A stretch of 62,734 nt of DNA, the filler included, from Collodictyon triciliatum (Eukaryota), in the NCBI GenBank assembly GCA_043381765.1. It is 4 parts of 4 records of this genome, joined end to end, with 100 filler letters (N's around TTAATTAATTAA, not from the genome) between each part and the next. Parts side by side here need not be neighbours in the genome. Positions count along the whole stretch, not along the records: positions 19,256 to 42,980 come from JBHJMP010001110.1; positions 43,081 to 60,721 come from JBHJMP010001115.1; 2 more parts are not named here. One strand, 5' to 3'. The notes beneath the pieces are model-generated. The model made no database searches, was not told the origin of the DNA, and saw nothing but the letters and a program-made list of their open reading frames with translations. The position numbers and the translations under genes are program-made. Positions 24,754 to 43,212 of this stretch are shown piece after piece. Positions within the stretch are counted from its first letter, which is position 1; each line of letters opens with the position of its first letter.

Positions 24754-27700
24754 AAAAGAGAGAGAGATAGATAGAGAGATAGAATTAGAAAGTAATGATG
24801 TTTTTTAGATTAGTTTCTGCCCACAGCGTAGAAGGGAGTTAAATGTAAAGTAAATTAGCCAGCCAAATTTAAACAAGGAAGTTGAACTACATTCACTTCT
24901 ATAAATACACATATAGGGCACCCGGGGTAGGAGCGGCCTGGGCAAAAGCGACCGAATTTGTCGCAGCAGGAGGCGGCGGAGTTCGAGCCAAATCAAGTGT
25001 TTGGACAGGCTTTTCCTCGATGATTGGCGCAGGGGTTTCTAGCATTAGAGCATTGTTAGCACGCCTTGATAAGATTATTCTTACATTCAAATGGAGTTGA
25101 AAGGCCCCATGGGACTGTATATAAGACCAGTACAAAATAAAACCATATAAAAATGAAAACTCCCAGAATCGTGTGAACGACATCTTTGATTCATATGCAG
25201 TAAGAAAGAGCAACCTGGCTGTGCATTTTCCTTCTTTTCAGCAGGGGCAGCCGTGGTGGATGGGGAGGTGGGCGAAGAGGTAACAGATGCAACAGAGGTG
25301 ACCTTAGCTGCAGCTGCAGGTGCAGGAGTAGTAGTAGTAGTAGTAGCAGCAGCCGCAGCAACAACTGGGGCAACTGGGGAAGCAGACACCGAAACGGAGG
25401 AGGGAGTAGGGGCAACTGGGGAAGCCGACGGGGCAACGACCGAGGAAGAAGTAGACACTGCTCGAACCTTTGTGGCAACAGAAGAGGATGCCGACCGGAC
25501 AATTCTCTGCTCGACACTTTCGTTAGAGAGAGGTGGACTGATCACAGATATCTTCAAATTTGTAATATCCGGGATAGAGACTGTTTTTGGGGCGACTGGC
25601 TCTAAGGTTCACAACGCAAAAAAAGGAGTAAAAAATACAAAAAAATATTAAATTAAGATAAAAATAAAAAAATAATCGAAATTAATCTCCCATTACTAAC
25701 TAAGGGTAACATCAAGTATGAAACAGATTTGTAATCCAGAGGTGAATGTATAAAAATAAATAGTCTACAATTTTTTTTGGATGAGTCGAACTTGTATCGA
25801 AACAATTTTCTTACCAGCCGCAGGGGTTGCAGGTGGTGCCGAGATGACGACTTCTCCATTTTTTTCTTCGACAACAACCTTTCGCATTAAAGGTAGTTAT
25901 AGTCAGACACAACCATTAAAGTAGAGCATATATATGCACAATAGCGTATTATGGATTTTACTGATAAAATGGATTAATAAAAATGTACCAAGCCTTTGTG
26001 AGTTAAATCTTCAACAACTGTGTCTGCATGAGATTTAACAGCTTGCAGGGCCTCGGAAAGTTCTTGATTCGCGCGATATATTTCTGTCTGAGATGTTCAA
26101 TTTACTATCAGCGTTTCATTAAGGGAATATTTGTAAAAATTGGTATTTTAACGATAATTTATTGGTGGTAAAATTAGAAAAAAGTAATCAATTGGTCACT
26201 TTTTGGACTGATGTAGCCAGAGTTTTCACACACATGGTGAGGGCAACTTGCTTCGACTGGAATGAAGATAGTCAAAGTCAAAGTCAGGTGCAAAAGACTT
26301 TGCCTCTTTAATTCGATTCAAAGGAGGGTGAAGTGTTATGTGTATATTCGAATGGCTTTGTGACAGTATTTTCAAAAGCGCATAAGCGAATCAGAACGCT
26401 ATGTTATGAAAATACCGGGTTAGAGGGGTCATGTTTCACTTCCAGGCTAGCATGTTCGGTTTTTCCAATCACAGTAACCAATTCGGCACGTTGGGTCGGA
26501 AGCTTCACGTCTTCAGCGACACTCTAAGATATTATGATGATAAGGATAAGTTAGATGCAATTACGAGAACAATAATCCGATTATATAATCCTAATAAATA
26601 AATGAATAAATAAATAAAAATAGTAACGCTATATAGGACTTCTGACAGAAAAAAATCACAAGGATCTTCAATATTAGCTTACTCCGGCAAGTTGGACCAG
26701 CTCATCAGCGACAGTGGCAAATTCAACATTAGCCTCCACGATTTTACGAGTGGCGATAACTTGACTTGGACTGAGGACTTCAGCGCGTCCATGAGTCGCA
26801 ACCTCCTCTAATAGCTTTGGTGCAGATTCATGGGCAGCCTGGCTCATGGCAACCTCGTACGCCTCTCTCTGAGCCTTTTGCTCCACTACATAACGCTCCT
26901 CCTCAACGGCACGTTCCTGTTTAAAAAAAACTATTACTTCATGTGGATTATAAATAATCTTAATTTGTTTCTTGTTTTTTTTTTTTATCAAATGAGTGAG
27001 AAGTTGAGAACGAAAAAAATTGAGAACTATTGCGAAGATCCATGTGATAAAGCATACATCCACACTAAGATGAGCGAGCTCTTGTTTCTTGAAAGACACG
27101 TCGACGATGTTGGACAGGGAAAGGATGGTTTCACCGACCTAACATATCACCATGATAATGGGATTAGCGCTAAAATAAGGAAAATAATAAATGGGGAGAT
27201 AGGAACGAGGGGAAGGCAAAATGAGAACCAAGAACAAGGAGGCGAAATAAAGGGTTTTCATTTAGGCTCGACCTTCTTTGCAGATGCTCTGAAGTTCGCC
27301 AAGTGTGTGCGATTGCTCAAATCCGCAGTGTATTCGGTGTATGCGTTGACAAGTTCACCTGCAGCCATGTTTTGGTTGTTTTTTTTTTATAAAAAAAATA
27401 AGGAACTGAAGAGAGTTTAGGCACAAAAAGAAAAGGAGAAATTTGCTCTCAAAAAGCTCTTCTTTTTTTGGCTCACCGATATCATCTGCTATCTTCATCA
27501 ACAGAGCTGTCAGGTCTTCTTGGACGTCCGCTTGTGAACAGGCGATCGGCAAGATGATCGTGTTCGTCAGGATTTGAATCACCTATCAACAGGAGTCGTT
27601 GGCAAATGCAGCCAAAGTAGAAGCAAAGCGAGCTAAAGCAGCCAAAGAGGAAACAAAGCAAAACAAAAGCAAAGCAGAACATAACAAAACAAAATAGAAC

Positions 27701-28146
27701 AAAAGAACAAAAACACTACAGAACAAAACAGAACAAAACAAAACAAAACAAAACAAAACAAAGTAGGAATGTTGCATGTTGAGATTAAGAAAGGACCTCT
27801 GAGATGTCTTGCGCAGCTTGGACAACGTCGCCGCCAGTCTTTGCGACCACGATAAGCGCAGAGAGCGCATCCACAGATCGATCAAGGGTTTCTCCAACCT
27901 TGTATGATTCAACGGCGTGGTCAACACGGGAGGAATAAAGAAGAAGCAGCATATATATACATATACATATACTTATACATATACATATACATATATATGT
28001 GTATATATATTTGCAGAGATGGCCTCTGAAGCCACACAATTGCAAGAAATCTTTGGCAAAGAGAGTTGGACGAGCTTCACATATTGGCGAACCTGCTCGG
28101 GTGTTGGCGGTGGCCCGACAACAAAGTCTTCCTCTTCGTTACTCAT
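23200..28146 (-). CDS. Vinculin/alpha-catenin family protein, multi-exon
   Basis: N-terminal helical bundle (VGETLDRSVDALSALIV..DLSNRTHLANFRASAKKVGETILSLSNIVD), Pro/Ser/Thr/Ala-rich linker (25087-25600), and a tail EMSKEMQTLSRKMTEMSVSIKDEKTRKQVVAQSKLIQDR|ALQLKIIMSVKAAG that matches the vinculin tail motif D...R..L......TQLKILSTVKA. Confidence 0.7.
24238..24755. repeat. (AGAGAGAC)n and (AAAG)n arrays flanking an N gap, intronic
   Basis: Direct reading; the gap spans 24339-24668. Confidence 0.85.
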
Positions 28147-28299
28147 GAGCCTCTGTTTTCTTTTTTGTGTGTAATAGTTACAAAAAGAAATTTGGTAAAT
28201 TGTCGATCAACTAGGCGTACCAAAACAGAGAAATAGAGATAGGAGAGGAAACAGAAAGAAATATGGAGAAAAAAAAAGGAAATGAATGAAGGTGTGTTA

Positions 28300-28531
28300 A
28301 TTAAAAAGAAAAGGAAAAAAAGGGAAAAAAAGGAAGAAAAAGAAGAAAAAGAAGAAAAGAAGAAAAAAGAAAAAAGAAAAAGGGGGATTAGAAGAAAAAA
28401 CAAGAAAAAGAAAAAGAAAAAGAAAAAGAAAAAGAAAAAGAAAAAGAAAAAGAAAAAGAAAAAGAAAAGGAAAAGAAAAGGAAAAGGAAAAGGAAAAGGA
28501 AAAGGAAAAGGAAAAGGAAAGAAAAAGAAAA
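28300..28531. repeat. A-rich compound microsatellite (GAAAAA)n/(GGAAAA)n
   Basis: Direct reading. Confidence 0.9.
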
Positions 28532-29173
28532 GATTAAGAAAAAAAAAGGAAACGAATGAAGGCGTGGAAAAAGAAATCAGCATATGAAAAAGAAAAAAAA
28601 GAAGCCGTCAAGCTCTCTGATAGACCGATGAATCAATTCTGTCCAGCCCTGTGGCTTTCGACTGTCTGTCGCCACCACCAGTTTGCCACGGCAGCAAAGT
28701 CTTGCGCCCTGACTCAATATCGCGACCGGTTCTCGAGAAATGTTCAGGTGAAAACCAAAGACGAAAATATGGCCGAATTTAAGGGCGCCAAGAAAAACTA
28801 GGCAAAAAGGTCAATAGAGGCTGTCTATTTTTAGGCACACATGTATGGGAGTTTCAGTGATTCTTGAATTATATTGGACTTTTTCTTTGTAAGATTGGAT
28901 CTTTTTGTGGAATATACTGATGCGGACAAGTCACCGCTGTCAAGTCATCTGAGGGAGCTGCGGGCGGTGCTGGGAAGTGTGGTGGGTACTAGTCACTTTA
29001 CTGTCTGCAGGGATTCAGGTCGCAGGGCATCACCACCAGGGAGGCAAAGCACAAGCCATAGCCCGTGAGGTCGTCTAATATCTTATCGCCGCAAAGGTCA
29101 TCACTCGCGCATTTAGCGAATTCATCGTGCGTTCTTCGGTTGCCTCCAGCCCTTTGGCCTCAGCCCTCGCAAG

Positions 29174-30560
29174 ATGAAACACAAGCCGCGACCCGTCGAA
29201 GGCTTCGCAAGTTGCAGCAGGTTCTTCTGGTTCCGACGCTAGTGTGGAAAAACCCCGAGTTGCACGCAAGTCTAGGAAGACCCGTGCAAGGAAGCCGCCT
29301 GCAAGCCTGTCTGAGCGGACAGTATTTTTGCACGAGGTCGAGCAAGTCGTTTATAACAAGAACAAGGTCCGCAGGCTAACAGACGCGCTCGCCTCCTTCT
29401 TGAAAGCAAACAAACTTTGGGAAGAGTCCATCCAATTGCGCTTTCCTGAAAGTGAAGGTCTTTGCCTGGTTGCCTTCCGCACTGCAAAAAACGCCCGAAA
29501 GCTTCTGGAGCTGAAGCAGGTAAGTTTGATCGATATTATGACCAGCTTCAGCAGAAGTAAACCAACAGAGACCTTGGTGATGATCTACCAACTACCGCTG
29601 GACGTGTGGCTGCAACTTATTCGCGAGGAGTTGAAGCCATTCAGGCCGACCCACGTGGATATCAAAAATGACAAATGTTCCTTCACAGACACGGCCGTAG
29701 TGAAGCTTCTTTGCCACAAGAACCAGCTCCCTGCAAAGTTTACGGTCATGAGTAAAAGTGTCCAAAGCGCATCCTCAAAGAGCGTCCACCAGCCGCGAAC
29801 AACGAACGACAAGTAAAAGCCCCGCAAAAGAATACACCTGCCAAGCAGACAAGCAGCAACGAAGTCAAGGAAGCCAAGGCCAGGCAACATCAGAATCCGC
29901 AAGACATACAGCAGATACGCGCATACAGCGACAGCGACGATGACATGGAAGGAAATCTCGGTTCCTCTTCAGAATACTACCACGCAAGCCATCGCCACCA
30001 CCACCAATACTGGACAAGCCCGCACATCGCAAGACCCAAGAGCAGCGCATCTCCAAACCCCGAAAGAAATCCCCTTTAAACTACCCATTCAGACTGACGT
30101 GAATATGGTTAACATAGGAGGCCTCAAGGCAATCTTTGTTACTTATCCGAAAGGATACTCCAAATCGAAGGCAACACAAGAACCAGCGCCCACCAAAGAT
30201 AGTCCGTTTCCCCTGCTCCAGCCCGTCGCACCGAGAACCAAGGAGCAAGACCAAACACCAAAAGTCGAATCCAAGCTTGGAACTTCACACACCAAAGACA
30301 GTCCGAGCAAGCAGGAGCGTATGTTTCTAAAACCACAAACGCGTATCCATACTCCGGCTAAGCAAAGTCCACTGCCGGCTACGTATGGTCCCGAAACCAG
30401 GGGACGGTCAAGCGCCACTTCCGCTAATTCCAGACAAACAACGATGTATCGCTTTTTGTCAGAGTCGCCCAGCAAGAAACGCAAGGAAAGTGACCCGTTG
30501 TCCCCTCAAAAGACTCATCCTGTAGAATGAAATAGGATGTAAACTTGTCTGAGACAGACA
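29174..30560 (+). mobile_element. Degenerate non-LTR retrotransposon ORF1-like remnant (L1/Tx1-type), frameshifted
   Basis: Intronless GC-richer block in three broken frames. Contains LCLVAFRT..ARKLL and TLVMIYQLPLDVWLQLIREELKPF (RRM-like ORF1 pattern), followed by a low-complexity K/P/S/T-rich tail. Confidence 0.5.
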
Positions 30561-31438
30561 GTTGAAAGGACTCGTCGGAATCGATTTTCGAAGTAACAGC
30601 CATGCGCGTACTTTCATCGACCCGACAACTTTATCCGCTCTCCTGTCAGTCTCGAATACATCCAGAAATCGCGTTGGAGCTAATTCGCCTCGGGTAGAAT
30701 ATTTTGCGTTTGAGAACACTTTCTCTCCTTTCTGTATTTTTTCTTTTTCCTTTTCTATTTCTTTCTCTTTTCCTTCCACCCAAAACACAAAAACTCCAAC
30801 CACACAATCCGGGGATTTCCACTGCCTTGTCCACAGCTCATTTTTTGTCCCAGAGGCGAAGGCGGTTTCCTCGGCTTTGTACTCTCTCAATATACCATTA
30901 AAACAAAACTCTTACATTGCGAAAGGCAAATCGGTACATATAATATGGGTGCGCTTGTGTGTTCGAGGCCATAACCTAAGAGTTTACCAATACTTTAAAT
31001 ATGTAGTAGAGGATAGAATTCGACTTATGTAATGACAGCCCCTCATAAGTAACGCATAAATCAAAAATAATATTATATTCCATAAATAGAATAAAACCCA
31101 ACCTGGGTGAACTGGCGTGCCACTCTCTATTTGTCTGATCCATTCCCGAACCGCCAACAAGTCTCAGTGACAACCCAGGCGATGCCTTGCCAAGGAGAAA
31201 GAGTCTGTGATGAATGAAGCCGTCAGATCCATCCCCATTTTATGTTTGTTTCATTTTGGATCGCCCAGACGGCTCTGTGCGCTTGATGCCTTGAAACCAG
31301 GGCATATCCCCTCCCTTTTGAATGCAGACTTCGACTTGCTTGTTCGAAGCTTTACATGTGCGCATATATACTCTTTTATTAACATACTAATATACTGTTA
31401 TTATTTTTGTCTTGTCGGTAGCATCTTTCCACTCTAGA

Positions 31439-31552
31439 ATGATAGGAGGCAGATGCTTGTTAGTTGTAAGGAGCTATTTCAAAGAATTGGGTAAGGTCCA
31501 TAAACAGCAAGGCTTATTCTGTGCTAGATGAACCATAATGAATATAAACACC

Positions 31553-31587
<35 letters not shown>

Positions 31588-33092
31588 AAACATATATGTT
31601 TCTTACTTTTATGAATGTTTATTCTTCTTGTCCTTATTCTTATTATTTTTTTATTTTTTGCAAATGAAGAACAATTAGTCTTACCACTCCATATTACTGC
31701 AACATTTTTTTTTATCTAGTGTCCCAAACACTGCAACAAAGCCTTCCTGAAAAGACTTACAAACCAAGTCATGTTGGAAAGATCATCATCTGGAGTGTCT
31801 TTTGCCTACTTTTCTTTTCCTTCCTTTTAGTGCTAGATCATGATAATGAAAGGGTATTCATTTTTAAGCATGCCAAACCTGATACTCCTATGATACGTCC
31901 ATTATCATTATTCGGCTTTTTTTTCTACTTCCACTGGCAGGCGTTTGCATGCGCAGACTTTTTTCCTAAAATATTTTCTAAAGCTTTTAAATATTATTCT
32001 AATTCTTTTGTACAACCCTTCTGGTAATTAGGTCAAGACTGTTTCGGTTGAATATAGTACTCCACAAATCGAGCCTCTGCATTTTAGACTGGAAGAAATG
32101 GAGCCCCCTATCTATGTGTATTACGAGTTGGATAATTATTATCAGAATCATAGACGCTACCTGAAATCAAGAAACGACGATCAGCTCAAGGGCGACACTG
32201 TAAAAAGTGAAAGTAGTCTCACTGATTGCGACCCCCTCATCGTGGCTGACTCGCAAAAATCGGGCCCCTCCAAATTCTACAACCCATGCGGATTGGTTGC
32301 TGCATCTTGGTTTGGGGGTAATCGTCCTATTTCAAATCTTTGTCTTTCTTATTCTTGTTTTTTTTTCTCCTTTAACTGATTAGCGCCAGCCCTTCATTTG
32401 ACATATGCTTTATTCAATAAGTTGAATGAAATTCCATAGATAAAAATATCACTCTGAGTCTAATGTCGCCTTTGAGTGGCAACGGGGATGTTAGAATACG
32501 CACCACCAGTATTTCTTGGAAGGCTGACCGAGAGGTTAGGTTCAAATCCCCAAGTGATTATGTTGGGGAGTTTCCTGTAGTTGAAGGAAGAAACTTTACT
32601 GAGGATTCCTTTGAGGACGAGTCATTCATGAATTGGATGAGAATATCGGGGCTGCCTCGATTCCGTAAACTCTACGGGGTTATAGAACACAAAATCAGCC
32701 AGGGGAGTTATAGCATGACTATCGAGAGTGGTATGGTTCTCTTCAGAAATTTTCTCAACTATTTTTCACTCTTTCGAAGATATTCTTATAAAACACATTT
32801 AATTGCCAAAAAAATTAAATTAAAAAACACTAACGCAAACTTACACTTCCCTACGAGCGTAGTTGTGGACGTTAATTTTTTTGATGGGAGCAAGTTCGTG
32901 GTATTCTCTACTACAGGGGAGTACACTGGAGGCACAAATCACTATTTAATCGCATTCGTGGGCATATGCTTCGCTGTAAGTATAATTGGACTAGGATTCA
33001 CACTGATTCCTATCATACGTAAGCAATGCAATTGCAAACAACAGGCCAAGAAAACCAGCTTTCTGCTAGTTGGCAGTGAAAGCGAGCCATAA
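31439..33092 (+). CDS. CDC50/LEM3 family P4-ATPase beta subunit, multi-exon
   Basis: MIGG..KEL|VSQTLQQSLP, TM1, PPIYVYYELDNYYQNHRRYLKSRNDDQLKG, CDPL, NPCGLVAASWF, FMNWMRISGLPRFRKLYG, FDGSKFVVFSTT..GGTN, TM2. Confidence 0.93.
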
Positions 33093-34609
33093 TAGTCAGC
33101 TCTAATAATAAATTCACAAAAAAAAAAAAAATCACATGCCAATGTAAGATCTTGTGTATTTTTGCCAAAATCATTAAGATCCATCGTGATTTTTGAAACA
33201 AAAGCAGTCTGTTGCAATCTTCTTGATATATATATATTTGACTCCCTTTTTCATTTCAAACATGGACTTTGAAGTCAACCCAGTAAACTATTTGTCTGTC
33301 ATTCCCAAAATTCAGTAATTTATCAGTACAAATACTATGTGTCGTTGGCACAATTGTCTTCAAGAACTCTTTTTCTTTAAAATTGGTAAATGCTTTAATA
33401 TGACATAGGGACGGAATTTTCTGTAAATCAAAATCCATGAATATAAGAGTAATAAAGAAGCATATTTAAAAAAATTAAGGAAAGAGCAATGAAAAATGTA
33501 ATGTAAATTCGCTTTCATACCCCACAAAATCGCAGAAAAATTGCTACCTGCTTGGCGGTAGAAAAAAAATATTGGCTGAATGGAAAAAAGAGATACAAGA
33601 AGGCTAACGTCGTCTCACATTAAATTATTCTTGATGTATTTGATAATTCAACATCTTTTCAATGCCAATAATCGATTGGAAATGGATGATACAAAATACT
33701 CAAACAAAATGACGGTCAGGTGAAACGACCTGATAAGCCAGCACACCCTGGTAGCGCAGTGCGAAAAAAAAAAAAAGAGAAAAAGAGACCGACGAAACGA
33801 AAGCGACAAAAAAGGGAAACGAATAAAAAAAAATATTGACTAACATATAGCTGGTGATATGACATGGAGAGGAAACCCATAATGCTAAATGAAAAGGTGA
33901 TGATAGGTATGCCATTCCACGAAAATGTGCCGCTTTTGAAGTTCAACTATCCACATCTGGATTCCGCAATAGAAAGTCAACACACGACAATGAACCCGCG
34001 CTTCCTTTTTGGGCACGGGTTGGGCTGTGGCGTCTGGTGGGTTGAGTCAGAGGCAAGGGAGGCCGGCGGGTTACCCGGCAAAGGGCGCAGCAAAGTAGGG
34101 ACGGCGCGGGTGTGGATGTTTCAGCGAAAAGAGGATGAGAAACAAAGCGGAAATGCGCGCACTTGCCCGGACGCGATGGCGCACAAACCTTAGTCTGTGA
34201 TTCTTCTCTCGCTCTGCTTTTTGGTTTTGGTTTTATTTTTTTCTTTTTCGCTTCCTTTTTCTTTTACTTTTTCGCTTCCTTTTACTTTTCATTTTTATTT
34301 TTAGTTCCACTTTCTCTTTCGTTTTCGTCGCACAAACTCGATCGAGGTTTTGTTAGTTGCTGTGTTTTGTTTCGATTTTTGCTTTCTCCTGCCTCCTTTT
34401 CATACAACCGAAGGTGTCTGCTGGGCTTTTTCTCTGCCCCAACCAGTTATTCATAATACAAACCACCACGCGTGCTATCTCGTCTTTTTTTCTTCTTTTT
34501 TTTTTTTTTGATTCCGCTCTGTCACAGAAGATCGGTCGGGGCTTCTTGGCAAACGCTGCTTCGCAGTCTCTCGCAGAAACCGGGTGGAACGAGTCTGGCT
34601 GCCGTGGAA

Positions 34610-41780
<7,171 letters not shown>

Positions 41781-42575
41781 TGCCGGGTTAATAGCTTAAT
41801 TCCTTGGATATTTCCTTGGAATAGACAAAGTCATTCATTTTTGTATGATTATGTGATGTTATACCAATATAATGGGCAAAGATGGTTTGCCTTTCGTGTA
41901 ATTTTGGCAATTTCATATTTGCATGAGTAGAGGTTAATGTGATTAAGGAATATTCGAGCAATTTTTCTCTAAAATAAGAAGAGGAGGGACTTATTTTATA
42001 AAACCTTATCTGCTGTTTGGCATTCCTATGACCACAGACAAAGTATTTTCATCCCCTTTATTCTATTCAAAGTGCAGCGAGGTTATGTCATAAAAAGAAG
42101 TGAGACAGGTGCGCATTGCAGANNNNNNNNNNNNNNNNNNNNNNNNNNNNNNNNNNNNNNNNNNNNNNNNNNNNNNNNNNNNNNNNNNNNNNNNNNNNNN
42201 NNNNNNNNNNNNNNNNNNNNNNNNNNNNNNNNNNNNNNNNNNNNNNNNNNNNNNNNNNNNNNNNNNNNNNNNNNNNNNNNNNNNNNNNNNNNNNNNNNNN
42301 NNNNNNNNNNNNNNNNNNNNNNNNNNNNNNNNNNNNNNNNNNNNNNNNNNNNNNNNNNNNNNNNNNNNNNNNNNNNNNNNNNNNNNNNNNNNNNNNNNNN
42401 NNNNNNNNNNNNNNNNNNNNNNNNNNNNNNNNNNNNNNNNNNNNNNNNNNNNNNNNNNNNNNNNNNNNNNNNNNNNNNNNNNNNNNNNNNNNNNNNNNNN
42501 NNNNNNNNNNNNNNNNNNNNNNNNNNNNNNNNNNNNNNNNNNNNNNNNNNNNNNNNNNNNNNNNNNNNNNNNNNN

Positions 42576-42980
42576 TAGCCTCTGTCACTTTTTGAGCAAG
42601 AGAGCACTTCACAAATGTGTGTTCGATAGAGTCATCTCCACTATGGCACATGGTGCATTCTGGGGAGGTCGTTGCTGCATGGACTACGCGCGCACCTATC
42701 CACAGCTCTCTGTTGGAGATATTGAGAAGTAGGGCGCGGTGCTTCGGGAGTAGCTGAGGTATACGGGCTTGCTTCCAGCTTTTGACTATCGGCGGGTCTA
42801 TAATGCCTATAGTTTCGGCCCAACGACTCATCTTCTCCGGTTTGTAGGGATTCGGACTTATGATTTTATATCGGAAGAATTTGGAGTACGCCATGGCCAT
42901 CGAGAATTGCGGAGAATCAGGCGTAATGGACCGCCTTTGGTTCTTCAGGCGAAAGAAAAATGGCGACGGTGCTCCGTATG
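42576..42980 (-). mobile_element. Non-LTR retrotransposon ORF2 C-terminal zf-RVT fragment
   Basis: ..W...RIPQLLPKHRALLLNISNRELW..PECTMCHSGDDSIEHTFVKCSLAQKV carries the C-x2-C..H..C zinc-binding motif of L1/Tx1-type ORF2; flanked by N gaps on both sides. Confidence 0.8.
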
Positions 42981-43080
42981 NNNNNNNNNNNNNNNNNNNN
43001 NNNNNNNNNNNNNNNNNNNNNNNNTTAATTAATTAANNNNNNNNNNNNNNNNNNNNNNNNNNNNNNNNNNNNNNNNNNNN
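42981..43080. other. Artificial assembly spacer (44N-TTAATTAATTAA-44N)
   Basis: Same 100-bp structure as at 19156. Confidence 0.95.
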
Positions 43081-43212
43081 GGTGATATTAAAAAGTATTT
43101 GTATATAAAAATTTAAAAAGGGTCAAAAAAAAAGACATTAAAAATAAAAAAAAAAAAAAAGAGAGAGAGAGAGAGAAAGAGAGAAAGAGAGAAAGAGAGA
43201 AAGAGAGAAGCT

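Noticed and set aside
42072..42607. ORF-track entries made mostly of X
   Set aside because: Artefacts of translating N gaps.
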